A DNA stretch of 41,520 nt from a virus (lineage: Duplodnaviria; Caudoviricetes). The stretch covers positions 1 through 41,520 of IMG/VR virus record IMGVR_UViG_3300010052_000075; one strand, 5' to 3'. This document shows positions 24,985 to 32,448 of this stretch, in pieces. The first letter of the stretch is position 1. The number at the start of each line of letters is the position of its first letter. Below the pieces are notes generated by a model, which saw nothing but the letters and a program-made list of their open reading frames with translations, did not search any database and was not told the DNA's origin. The position numbers were made by a program, and so were the translations under genes.

Positions 24985-25262
24985 TGACCCCCGCCGAACT
25001 CTGCGCCCTCGACTTCATCCGCGGCCGCATCGGCGCGACGGGCTGTGCGCCCACGCTCGACGAGATTGCGGGCGAGCTGGGCTGGCACGCCAAGAGCAAC
25101 GCACACCGGGTGGTTGATTCCCTCGTCCGTCAGGGCGCGCTCGATCGCGACCCGCATAAGGCGCGGGGCCTGACGCTGCCGCGCACGCCTGTCCTGTCGT
25201 CGATCCCGACGGCCGAGCTTCACGCGGAGATCGCGCGCAGGGGAGGGGCGTCGTCATGCTGA
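24984..25262 (+). CDS. LexA-type DNA-binding domain-only protein
   Basis: MTP....LDFI......G.APTLDEIAGELG..AKSNAHRVVDSLVRQG.L.R.PHKAR.L; no peptidase domain. Confidence 0.82.
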   Translation: MTPAELCALDFIRGRIGATGCAPTLDEIAGELGWHAKSNAHRVVDSLVRQGALDRDPHKARGLTLPRTPVLSSIPTAELHAEIARRGGASSC

Positions 25263-25474
25263 GCGCCGCCCGCACCCACGCCGCCTGCCTCGCGTCGGCA
25301 GAGCAGCTTATCAACGAACCCCGGATGCGCGTGGCTGAGCTGGCCTTTGAACAGGTTCGCGCCGTCGACCCGCATCCGCTGGGCTTTGTGCTGTGCTTCG
25401 GCTCGGGCGCAAAGCTGTTCGTACCGTCCGGCGTCGCCCTCGATCGTGCCGGCCTGCCGGTGATCGAGCCGTGA
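25256..25474 (+). CDS. Hypothetical protein
   Basis: 72 aa with SD, in-operon. Confidence 0.5.
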   Translation: MLSAARTHAACLASAEQLINEPRMRVAELAFEQVRAVDPHPLGFVLCFGSGAKLFVPSGVALDRAGLPVIEP

Positions 25475-25698
25475 TCGCCGACGTTCCCCGCAAGCGGACG
25501 TTCGTCGCGCTGATCCTGCTCGGCGCTGCCGCCGGCGGCGTGGCTGGTCACGTCGACCAGGCGCGGGGCGTTCGCCCGGCCGCCGACCGCATCTTTTCTG
25601 ATTTCCCGGCTGACTCGCCCCCCGCAGCACCGGGACAACCTGCCGCCGCCCCTATGGTGTCCACTGGAGGGGCGGCGGCCCTTTCTGGAGAGCTTTGA
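25471..25698 (+). CDS. Hypothetical protein (GTG start), 3' part overlaps hairpins
   Basis: GTGA overlap; N-terminal hydrophobic stretch. Confidence 0.35.
   Translation: MIADVPRKRTFVALILLGAAAGGVAGHVDQARGVRPAADRIFSDFPADSPPAAPGQPAAAPMVSTGGAAALSGEL
25604..25686 (+). terminator. Twin hairpins in left early operon
   Basis: TCCCGG.CTG/CAG..CCGGGA with C-rich loop, then GCCGCCGCCCCT/AGGGGCGGCGGC 12-bp stem and CTTTCT. Confidence 0.45.
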
Positions 25699-26024
25699 TG
25701 CTGACCAACGAAACCGCTCGGAAGATCGCATACGCCTATGCCGAGATTGAGGCCGGCGAGAAGCTTCTCGCGGATGTGCGTGCTGCGATGGAGAAGGTCG
25801 CCCCGGTCGACATTCGGGACGTCTTTGGTCGCCCGGTAAGGCGGATAGAGATAGGCATTCCGTCCGGGGACAATAGTCGGCGCCTCCTGCACGTTGAGTA
25901 TGAACTCGCGGTGCCTGTGATCGAGGCCCATATCGCGCAAAAACACGCTCAACTGAAGCTGCTCAACGAACTCGCGCGCGCAGAAGTCAGCGGCGGCAGG
26001 GTTGAGGAGGGCGACGCGCAGTGA
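25695..26024 (+). CDS. Hypothetical protein
   Basis: 109 aa, GGAGAG SD. Confidence 0.6.
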   Translation: MMLTNETARKIAYAYAEIEAGEKLLADVRAAMEKVAPVDIRDVFGRPVRRIEIGIPSGDNSRRLLHVEYELAVPVIEAHIAQKHAQLKLLNELARAEVSGGRVEEGDAQ

Positions 26025-26599
26025 CACAGCAATTCCCCCTGCAATGGCCCGACGGCATGCCGCGAACCGCGCGCCATCAACCGTCCCCGTTTCGCTCGAC
26101 GCTCGCCAGCGCGCTCAAAAATGTGCGCGGGTCGATCGTCGCGTTCGGAAAAGACAGCGGGCGCCAGGTTACGGACGTGATCATTTCGTCGAACGTCACG
26201 CTTGGCGTTGACCGGCCAAGCGATCCGGGCGTGTCACTATGGTTCACCTGGGACGAGGGGCAGAGGTGCATCGCGGTTGATCGCTATCCGAAGCCCGAGG
26301 ACAACCTCCAGGCGATCCATCACATTCTTGAGGCCCGACGCACCGAAATGCGGCACGGCGGGCTTCATATCGTGCGGCAGACCTTCAAGGGCTTCCTCGC
26401 GCTTCCTTCGCCCGACGCGGTCGACTGGCGGAAGCTGTTCGGTTTCAAGCCGGGCGAGTTGGTCACCCCGGCCGCGATCGACGTGGCATTCCGCGAGAGG
26501 GCGAAGGCGGCGCACCCCGACAGACAGGGCGGCAACGAGCAGGCGATGGCCGAACTCAACCTTGCGCGTGACGCGGCGACGCGGGCGGTGATGGGATGA
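26021..26599 (+). CDS. Phage protein with C-terminal J (DnaJ) domain
   Basis: FPLQWPDGMPRT...DPGVSLWF...DNL.AI; W..LFG...AFRERAKAAHPDRQGG...MAELNLARDAA (HPD motif). Confidence 0.88.
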   Translation: MTQQFPLQWPDGMPRTARHQPSPFRSTLASALKNVRGSIVAFGKDSGRQVTDVIISSNVTLGVDRPSDPGVSLWFTWDEGQRCIAVDRYPKPEDNLQAIHHILEARRTEMRHGGLHIVRQTFKGFLALPSPDAVDWRKLFGFKPGELVTPAAIDVAFRERAKAAHPDRQGGNEQAMAELNLARDAATRAVMG

Positions 26600-26823
26600 C
26601 CGAACGTATTCTTCGCGACAGCTTCCCGGGCAACATCAGCGTCATGCGCCAGGTGGGGCCGCACGAGGTCGAGCCGGTCGCGGTCCCCTGCCTGATCGGC
26701 GTCACGGTCGACGTCGACAAGCTCATCCGCAAGCTCGGCGCGCAGGCCCTGAAATCGAAGGGCAGGCGGGCGACCGCCTTTCACGGCGCGCTCGTTGTCC
26801 AGGTGAAGGAAATCACGCCGTGA
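26596..26823 (+). CDS. Hypothetical protein
   Basis: 75 aa, coupled. Confidence 0.6.
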   Translation: MTERILRDSFPGNISVMRQVGPHEVEPVAVPCLIGVTVDVDKLIRKLGAQALKSKGRRATAFHGALVVQVKEITP

Positions 26824-27212
26824 AGAATCTCCGCACCCGCGAAATCGACCGCTACCGTCACACCGCGATGGAAATCCAGTTCGCCGGCCGCCTCGGCGAC
26901 GATATGGCCGGATGCTTCATCGTCCCGTCGCCGATCGACAAGCAGGATCTGCGCGTCATCGCCGCGAGCGGGGAGGGCTGGGAGCATGTCAGCGTCAGCC
27001 GCTCCAGCCGGTGCCCGAACTGGCCGGAGATGGAGCACGTCAAGCGGCTGTTCTTCCGCGACGATGAGGTCTGCATGCAGCTCCACGTCGCGACTGCCGA
27101 GCACATCAGCCACCACCCCTATTGCCTGCACATCTGGCGACCGATCGACGGGCGCGAGATCCCGCTGCCGCCTTCGTGGATGGTCGGACCGTCGAAGGAG
27201 AAGGCGGCGTAA
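26820..27212 (+). CDS. Conserved phage protein (GWEHVSVS/HPYCLHIW family)
   Basis: GWEHVSVS...RCPNWPEM..VKRLFF...QLH...HPYCLHIWRP. Confidence 0.78.
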   Translation: MKNLRTREIDRYRHTAMEIQFAGRLGDDMAGCFIVPSPIDKQDLRVIAASGEGWEHVSVSRSSRCPNWPEMEHVKRLFFRDDEVCMQLHVATAEHISHHPYCLHIWRPIDGREIPLPPSWMVGPSKEKAA

Positions 27213-27576
27213 TGGACAGCAATGCGTTCCGAGCAAAGCTCGTGGATATCATGCCGGGATATAAATGGAGGTGCACAGGGCGCCGAAAAACGCGACGAAG
27301 ATCGTCGCTACGGGCACGCAGACGAGCGGTTTCAACAGGCTCTCCACTCTGGAGGTCACCCATTCGGTTGTCGCCGGCGGTGATTGGTTCACGGCCCGGT
27401 CCGCAGGCTACGGACTGCGGGCGCCGTGGCTGCATGAAAACGGCGATGTCACATTGGCTCGCGCGTTGCGCGGCTTGCAAGAGTTCTATCGTCGAAAGGC
27501 GAACGAATACGGTGGCCACGAGCGCGCCATCGCACTTGGGCGCCAGGCCCGCGACGGGGGTACCGCCAATGGCTGA
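27212..27576 (+). pseudogene. Frameshifted phage hypothetical gene
   Basis: TAATG-coupled start MDSNAFRAKLVDIMPGYKW continues in another frame as VHRAPKNATK...; 1-nt loss at TGG AG GTG (~27270). Confidence 0.55.
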
Positions 27577-27763
27577 CGCCGCCGATTTCGCAACCGAGCT
27601 GGTCGACGAGAAGCTTGAGCAAGGCCTGCGCGCCGCGCGTGCGCCGATCCCGGTCGGCGAGCCTGGCGAGTGCGAGCAGTGCTTTGAGCAGATGCCGCGC
27701 CTCGTCAACGGGCGCTGCGGGTACTGCCGCGACGGCCGCGGGCCGCGGGGGAGGGCGTCGTAA
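27569..27763 (+). CDS. TraR/DksA C4 zinc-finger protein
   Basis: MADAADFA (DxxDxA) and CEQC...CGYC. Confidence 0.78.
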   Translation: MADAADFATELVDEKLEQGLRAARAPIPVGEPGECEQCFEQMPRLVNGRCGYCRDGRGPRGRAS

Positions 27764-28146
27764 TGGGCTGGGCGCGATGTGGAAAAGACAGCAACGGCCG
27801 GCCGATCGGCTATGCCTATGCGGCGACGTGCGATCATCCGGGCTGCGAGACGGAGATCGATCGCGGGCTCTCATATGCTTGCGGCGGGATGCACGGCAAT
27901 TCCTGCCTCGGCGGTGACCGTGAATTTGATTGGGACGCAAATGTCACCGTTTGCGAGCGCTATTTCTGCCAAGCGCACCTGCGCGACCCGATCCTGGAGC
28001 ATGAGGACGGAGCGGAGCTTTATGCGCCGATGATGTGCGACGAATGCGCGTCAGAGCTGGAGCGCGCCTATCGCGAGGATGAGGACTGGCGCGAACATTG
28101 GCCGACGGGCGCGGCGCCGCTCGCCCTGGATCGGGGCATGTCGTGA
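27763..28146 (+). CDS. Cys-rich conserved phage protein
   Basis: MGW..CG.DS.GRPIGY...ATCDHPGC..EIDRGL.YACGG.H. Confidence 0.72.
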   Translation: MGWARCGKDSNGRPIGYAYAATCDHPGCETEIDRGLSYACGGMHGNSCLGGDREFDWDANVTVCERYFCQAHLRDPILEHEDGAELYAPMMCDECASELERAYREDEDWREHWPTGAAPLALDRGMS

Positions 28147-28439
28147 GCGCCATTGTCGAAATCGAAGAGGCGCCCGACGATTTCACCTGCGCCATCTGTG
28201 AGCAGGTCGCGTCGAATCGCTTCCACTGGTCGCCCCGCGACTATGAGCGGCCGCCGATTTGCCGGTCGTGCGAAACGGTGACCGGTTACGCCTGGCACGG
28301 CGCCGCGCGCCACCGGGCCAAGCCGACGGGCGGCACCGCCCGCGACAAGAGCAACGCCCTGCGCATAGGCGCCCTCGCTGACGAACTGGCCCAGCTCGCA
28401 GCGCGCAAACAGATGGAGGCCCAATATGGCCGCGCGTGA
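28143..28439 (+). CDS. Zinc-finger hypothetical protein
   Basis: GTG start in GTGA overlap; CAIC...CRSC. Confidence 0.6.
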   Translation: MSAIVEIEEAPDDFTCAICEQVASNRFHWSPRDYERPPICRSCETVTGYAWHGAARHRAKPTGGTARDKSNALRIGALADELAQLAARKQMEAQYGRA

Positions 28440-28674
28440 TTACACTTCCGCACCGATTTCCGATCAGCTCGGCATCCCGAATATAATCGCGGGCCTGTGC
28501 TCTGACCTGGAGCAGCTCCGTAAGGGCGAGATCAGCGTCAACGACGCAATGGCCCGATCGATGCTGGCGAAGCAAATCTTCAACGGCGTCCGCCTCTACA
28601 TGAACGGCACGAAGCTCCTCTCTGACAAGGCGCAGCCGGCGAAGGCGATCGAGGGAGGGCAGGCCGATGGCTGA
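28426..28674 (+). CDS. Hypothetical protein
   Basis: 82 aa, GGAGG SD. Confidence 0.65.
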   Translation: MAARDYTSAPISDQLGIPNIIAGLCSDLEQLRKGEISVNDAMARSMLAKQIFNGVRLYMNGTKLLSDKAQPAKAIEGGQADG

Positions 28675-28951
28675 GCCGCACGATTTTCCCGGCGCGAACT
28701 ATCACTTCGGGCCGCCTCCCGGCCTTGAGGAAATGATCGGCTGGCTCCACGTTTTCAGCAACGGCCGTTGCACCGTGTCGGCGTGGAAACCGGACGCAGA
28801 GCTTCTCGCGCACCTCAACGCGGGCGGGAGCATCTTCACCTCGCACATGACGGGCAGCGACGAGAACGGGAAGCCCTACGTCTTCCCGACCTATGTCGGC
28901 ACCGAGGAGCAGGTCAAAGCCGCAGTCAGCGATACTGGCGGGGTTTGGTGA
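28667..28951 (+). CDS. Conserved phage hypothetical protein
   Basis: P.DFPGAN..FGPP.G...VSAWKP...L..LNAGG.I; GGAGG SD. Confidence 0.68.
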   Translation: MAEPHDFPGANYHFGPPPGLEEMIGWLHVFSNGRCTVSAWKPDAELLAHLNAGGSIFTSHMTGSDENGKPYVFPTYVGTEEQVKAAVSDTGGVW

Positions 28952-28953
28952 GC

Positions 28954-29202
28954 ATGACGTTCGGGCAGGCCGTGACAGCCGCGTTGTCGATGCGCGCCGA
29001 CGATCGCCCCGGGGTGGCGCGCCTGTTTCAGGAGCTGCTCGCGGCCGCGACAGAGCAACCGATCATCGTGCCGACCGCCGAGCCGGTGAGGCGGATCGTG
29101 GGGCACCGGAGCATCGGCAACCGGGGGAACAAATATGGCCGCCGCGGGAAGGCGAAGGCCCTCGCGCTCCCGGCCGCCCGAAATGATGGAGCGTCGGCAT
29201 GA
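28954..29202 (+). CDS. Hypothetical protein
   Basis: Start ATG 28954 (or GTG 28948); fills operon gap. Confidence 0.5.
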   Translation: MTFGQAVTAALSMRADDRPGVARLFQELLAAATEQPIIVPTAEPVRRIVGHRSIGNRGNKYGRRGKAKALALPAARNDGASA

Positions 29203-29942
29203 CAAAAGCTGTCACCCTTAAGGCCTATTCGGTTTGCGAGAACGACGAGCGCACCGGCGCGATTTACTTCGCGAAGCACGCGATCACGGCGCGGCGATGG
29301 GGTGCGAACGAACACGCCGACGGCGAGATATCCTATGTGACCTGTCACCGGGCCCCCTGGGCGGATCATTGCGCCGATACCGGGATCGTCCCTGCTTGGC
29401 TGATGATCCACAACGGCTGGCATTTCGAGTGCGCGGGCTGCGGCCATCGCATCGATTCCGATTTCCTCGACGAGCGCGATATTCATTATGACGACGTGCA
29501 GGGCCATCAGAATAGCATGGTGTTCTGCACCCCGCTTTGCGAGGCCCGCCACAATCTTCATCGGGCGGAAGCCAAGCACCGCGAAAGGCGCTGGATTCGC
29601 CGGTTTGAGAAGATCATTCTTCGACGCTTCCCCGATGCCGAGATCGAGCGGGCCACCGATTTCAACCGGCCTCACGCCTATGCCCAGCGGCGCGCGGATG
29701 GCGTGTGGCACGTCGATCAGGTGATCGTGTCGTTCAGGTGGCCGGGGATGCAAATCGGTCATGCCTCGCTGCGCGTCGACACAAGAACCGAGTGGCCCCG
29801 TCGGCATGGAGAGAGGCCGGTGACCCGGCGCGGTAAGCCGCATTGGATTTGCTGTAACGGTGATCGGGAGGCTTTCGAGGCCTATGCTGCCGCCTGGGCC
29901 GAGAAGTTAAGCCTTCAGCGTGGAGCTGATCACCATGGGTGA
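29199..29942 (+). CDS. Conserved phage protein with CxxC zinc motif
   Basis: LKAYSV...IYFA...RAPWAD...GWHFECAGCG...FCTPLC. Confidence 0.7.
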   Translation: MTKAVTLKAYSVCENDERTGAIYFAKHAITARRWGANEHADGEISYVTCHRAPWADHCADTGIVPAWLMIHNGWHFECAGCGHRIDSDFLDERDIHYDDVQGHQNSMVFCTPLCEARHNLHRAEAKHRERRWIRRFEKIILRRFPDAEIERATDFNRPHAYAQRRADGVWHVDQVIVSFRWPGMQIGHASLRVDTRTEWPRRHGERPVTRRGKPHWICCNGDREAFEAYAAAWAEKLSLQRGADHHG

Positions 29943-30513
29943 CCAATATCTGATCTGCAAGTACGGCATGTATTATCGCCCGAACGCTCAGGGATATACG
30001 AGCAGCCGCGCGGAGGCTGGGCGATATTCGCTTGCCGACGCAATCCGGCACTCGCACCCGAACGGCCCCGACGGCCCGCGCGATGGCATCACCTATGAGC
30101 TTGCGCCGCCGGCGCTGCCTGCCCCCGAAGCCTCAGACGAACTTGCCGCGCTTAGGGAGCGCGATCGGCGCACGATGACCGATCCCCAGCGCCTGATCTG
30201 GCGAGACGACGTCGAGGGTATATGCCCGACGCCTGACATGTGCTTCGAGTACGGGGAGCATGCCCGCTGTGGCCCCTGCGCGATCAAGCAGGCGACCGCG
30301 TGCGGCGTTGCGTCCGACCTATCGCTCCCCAATCTGCCCGAGGTTTCCTGGCAGCGTCGCGAGATTGCCGCGCTCAATGAGCGGGTGGCTGCCCTGACCG
30401 AAGTTGTCGAGCGGGCAAAGCGCCACGCGGAGAACATCGGCATCACCAGCGGCAGCTATTACGAGACGCTTGTCGCCATCCTCTCCCAGCCTCAACAAGG
30501 ACCCGAACGATGA
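29935..30513 (+). CDS. Phage hypothetical protein
   Basis: YYRPNAQGYT....AGRYS N-terminal motif; Cys cluster; coiled coil. Confidence 0.65.
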   Translation: MGDQYLICKYGMYYRPNAQGYTSSRAEAGRYSLADAIRHSHPNGPDGPRDGITYELAPPALPAPEASDELAALRERDRRTMTDPQRLIWRDDVEGICPTPDMCFEYGEHARCGPCAIKQATACGVASDLSLPNLPEVSWQRREIAALNERVAALTEVVERAKRHAENIGITSGSYYETLVAILSQPQQGPER

Positions 30514-30770
30514 AGTCGAACCGCCGCATTCGCCTCAAAGAGGTGATGGAACTTGTCCCGCTCAGCGCGTCGACGATCTACAAGCGGAAGTCGGAGGGAA
30601 CGTTCCCGCCGTCGCAGGACCTGGGCGGCGGGGTGGTCTGCTGGCGCGAACAGGATATCCTCGACTGGCTCGATGCGCTTCCCGAATCGGAAATCGGTTC
30701 TATTCCGGGAAGAAGAGCAGAAAATAATTTGGGGGTATCGGCGGGGGTATCGGAAAAGAAGGCGGCTTAG
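30510..30770 (+). CDS. AlpA family excisionase/recombination directionality factor
   Basis: IRLKEVMELVPLSASTIYKR...GTFP....LGG..V.WRE.DILDW. Confidence 0.9.
   Translation: MKSNRRIRLKEVMELVPLSASTIYKRKSEGTFPPSQDLGGGVVCWREQDILDWLDALPESEIGSIPGRRAENNLGVSAGVSEKKAA
30731..30753 (+). repeat. Integrase arm-type direct repeat (prophage side)
   Basis: GGGGGTATCGG x2 at 30731 and 30743. Confidence 0.7.
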
Positions 30771-30803
30771 AAACCGGCCGGAAAACGCCATAAATGACGC
30801 ATA

Positions 30804-30827
30804 GTTCAATGGAAGCCCTGTCCACCA
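30804..30827 (+). other. att junction; degenerate tRNA 3'-end fragment (tRNA-Ser-like)
   Basis: GTTCAATGGAAGCCCTGTCCACCA resembles GTTCGAATCCCACCCTGTCCGCCA; lies between two sets of arm repeats. Confidence 0.55.
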
Positions 30828-30939
30828 CCCTCCCGTCCGAGGGTGTCCGCCGAACCCCCTAGAAATCCCGGAAAACCTAGCGTATGATCTGCGCATCGTC
30901 CGCATGCGTCCGGGGCAATTTGCCTGCAGCCGGAGCGTA

Positions 30940-31022
30940 GTGTGGGGGAAGTGTGGGGGAAGATTGTCTTTCCCCCACACTCGGGTTCCCCAGAATGTGG
31001 GGAGAAAGTGTGGGGGAAGATT
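30940..31022. repeat. Integrase arm-type repeats (second element)
   Basis: GTGTGGGGGAA at 30940, 30951, 31008; inverted TTCCCCCACAC at 30970. Confidence 0.75.
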
Positions 31023-31025
31023 CCC

Positions 31026-32252
31026 ATGGGCAAACTCACGGCGGTTGCAGTCAAGGCCGCTCTCGCGAATCCGGGCACCTATCAGGATGGTGACGGCTTG
31101 TTTTTGAAGGTCGACAAGCGGGGAGGGGCGTCGTGGACCCTCCGCCTGCAGCGCGACGGCAAGCGTCAGGATATCGGGCTGGGCAGTGCGAAGTTGTTCA
31201 CTTTGGCGCAGGTCCGCGCGAAGGCCGGCGAGCTACGCAAGGCGGTCAAGGTCGACCGGCGCGACATATTGGCTGAGCGGAAGGACGAGGCGTCTGCCAA
31301 GGTGACGTTTCGCGAGGCGGCGAGGCAATATCGCGCCGAGAACGAGGCGGGATGGAAGAGCGAGATCTACGCCCGCCAATGGCTTTCCAGCCTCGAGAAT
31401 TATGCCTTCCCGAAACTGGGCGACGAGCAGACCGGTGCGATTGTCGCGGCTGACATCATAAACGTGCTCACGCCGATCTGGCAGGAGATACCCGAGACCG
31501 CTCGTCAGGTGCGCAACCGGATCTGCACCGTGCTGGATTATGCGCATGCAAAGGGCTGGCGTTCACGCGAGGCTCCCTCAGGTAATAGCAGCCTGAAAGC
31601 GGGGCGTGGCTTGCCGCGGCAACTCAAGAAGACCGAGAATCGCAAGGCTATGCCATATGCGGCTTTGCCCGGTTTCATCACTGCACTGCAGCGAAAGCCA
31701 TCCTACAGCAGGCTTGCCCTGGAACTACTCATTCTGACTGGTGCGCGCAGCCAGGAGGTGCGTCTGGCGACCTGGGACGAACTCGACATCGAAGCGCGGC
31801 TATGGACTGTGCCCGCCGATCATATGAAGCGTGGCAAGTCGCATATCGTGCCGCTGTCCGATGCCGCGGTGGAAGTGATTGCAAAAGCGCATGCTTTCAG
31901 GCTCCCGGACACAGACGTGATTTTCCCCGGTGCGAGTGGGAAGAATATGTCCGATATGACGCTGCTCAAGGTTCTTCGTGACATGGCTGAGCCTTTTCAT
32001 GTCCACGGCTTCCGGTCGACATTCACCGATTGGGCGGCGAACGAGGGTTTCCCCGATGCCGTCGTGGAAGCGGCGCTTGCGCACAAGACGCCGGATGCAG
32101 TGCAGGCCGCTTACCGTCGGACGACCTACCTCGGGACCGCGGAAAGGCCTGGCGAGCGTGTCAGGCTCATGGGTGCGTGGGGCAGTTATTGCCTCGGCCG
32201 CAAAGTCGTTGCGGACGACGGGGAACAGACAGGAGGCGGAGAGGCGGAGTAG
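31026..32252 (+). CDS. P4-type tyrosine integrase with arm-binding domain
   Basis: DGDGLFLKV...W.LR...GK...IGLG; catalytic TGAR, MKRGK, HGFRS, LAH, AAYRR; start re-called at 31026. Confidence 0.95.
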   Translation: MGKLTAVAVKAALANPGTYQDGDGLFLKVDKRGGASWTLRLQRDGKRQDIGLGSAKLFTLAQVRAKAGELRKAVKVDRRDILAERKDEASAKVTFREAARQYRAENEAGWKSEIYARQWLSSLENYAFPKLGDEQTGAIVAADIINVLTPIWQEIPETARQVRNRICTVLDYAHAKGWRSREAPSGNSSLKAGRGLPRQLKKTENRKAMPYAALPGFITALQRKPSYSRLALELLILTGARSQEVRLATWDELDIEARLWTVPADHMKRGKSHIVPLSDAAVEVIAKAHAFRLPDTDVIFPGASGKNMSDMTLLKVLRDMAEPFHVHGFRSTFTDWAANEGFPDAVVEAALAHKTPDAVQAAYRRTTYLGTAERPGERVRLMGAWGSYCLGRKVVADDGEQTGGGEAE

Positions 32253-32388
32253 ACGAGCTGTTTTCCCTATCAAGCAACGAAACGTAGTTATCATCGCGGG
32301 CCAAAACAGTTCGCATTCCTATTGTGAACGGTAGCTCACTTCCCTGCTTCCCCCCAACCGCGCGGGGGAGAGCAAGAGGGAAGGGGCG

Positions 32389-32440
32389 CTTCGCGACGGT
32401 TCGAAGGCCGAGAGAGAGTCTTTTGGTCGGCCGTCGCGGA
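32389..32440 (+). promoter_or_regulatory. Long hairpin leader upstream of ParB-like gene
   Basis: TTCGCGACGG...CCGTCGCGGA stem enclosing GGCCGAGAGAGAGTC; right arm overlaps GGAG SD. Confidence 0.5.
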
Positions 32441-32448
32441 GATAAGTC

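Larger units (their letters stand above)
1..30827. mobile_element. HK97-like temperate prophage (left part outside window)
   Basis: Head, neck, tail-start, packaging, replication, immunity and excisionase modules in lambdoid order ending at the att junction. Confidence 0.95.

Noticed and set aside
27122-27763. 213-aa ORF as a single gene
   Set aside because: Artefact joining the frameshifted gene's N-terminus to the TraR-like gene
30804-30827. Complete tRNA gene
   Set aside because: Only a degenerate T-arm/acceptor fragment; no D or anticodon arm upstream
30810-30840. Minus-strand GGGAGGGTGGTGGACAGGGC as 5' end of SRP RNA (ffs)
   Set aside because: No GGTCAGG...GGAAGCAGC core follows; the tRNA-3'-end reading fits better, though ffs cannot be fully excluded without the other att site
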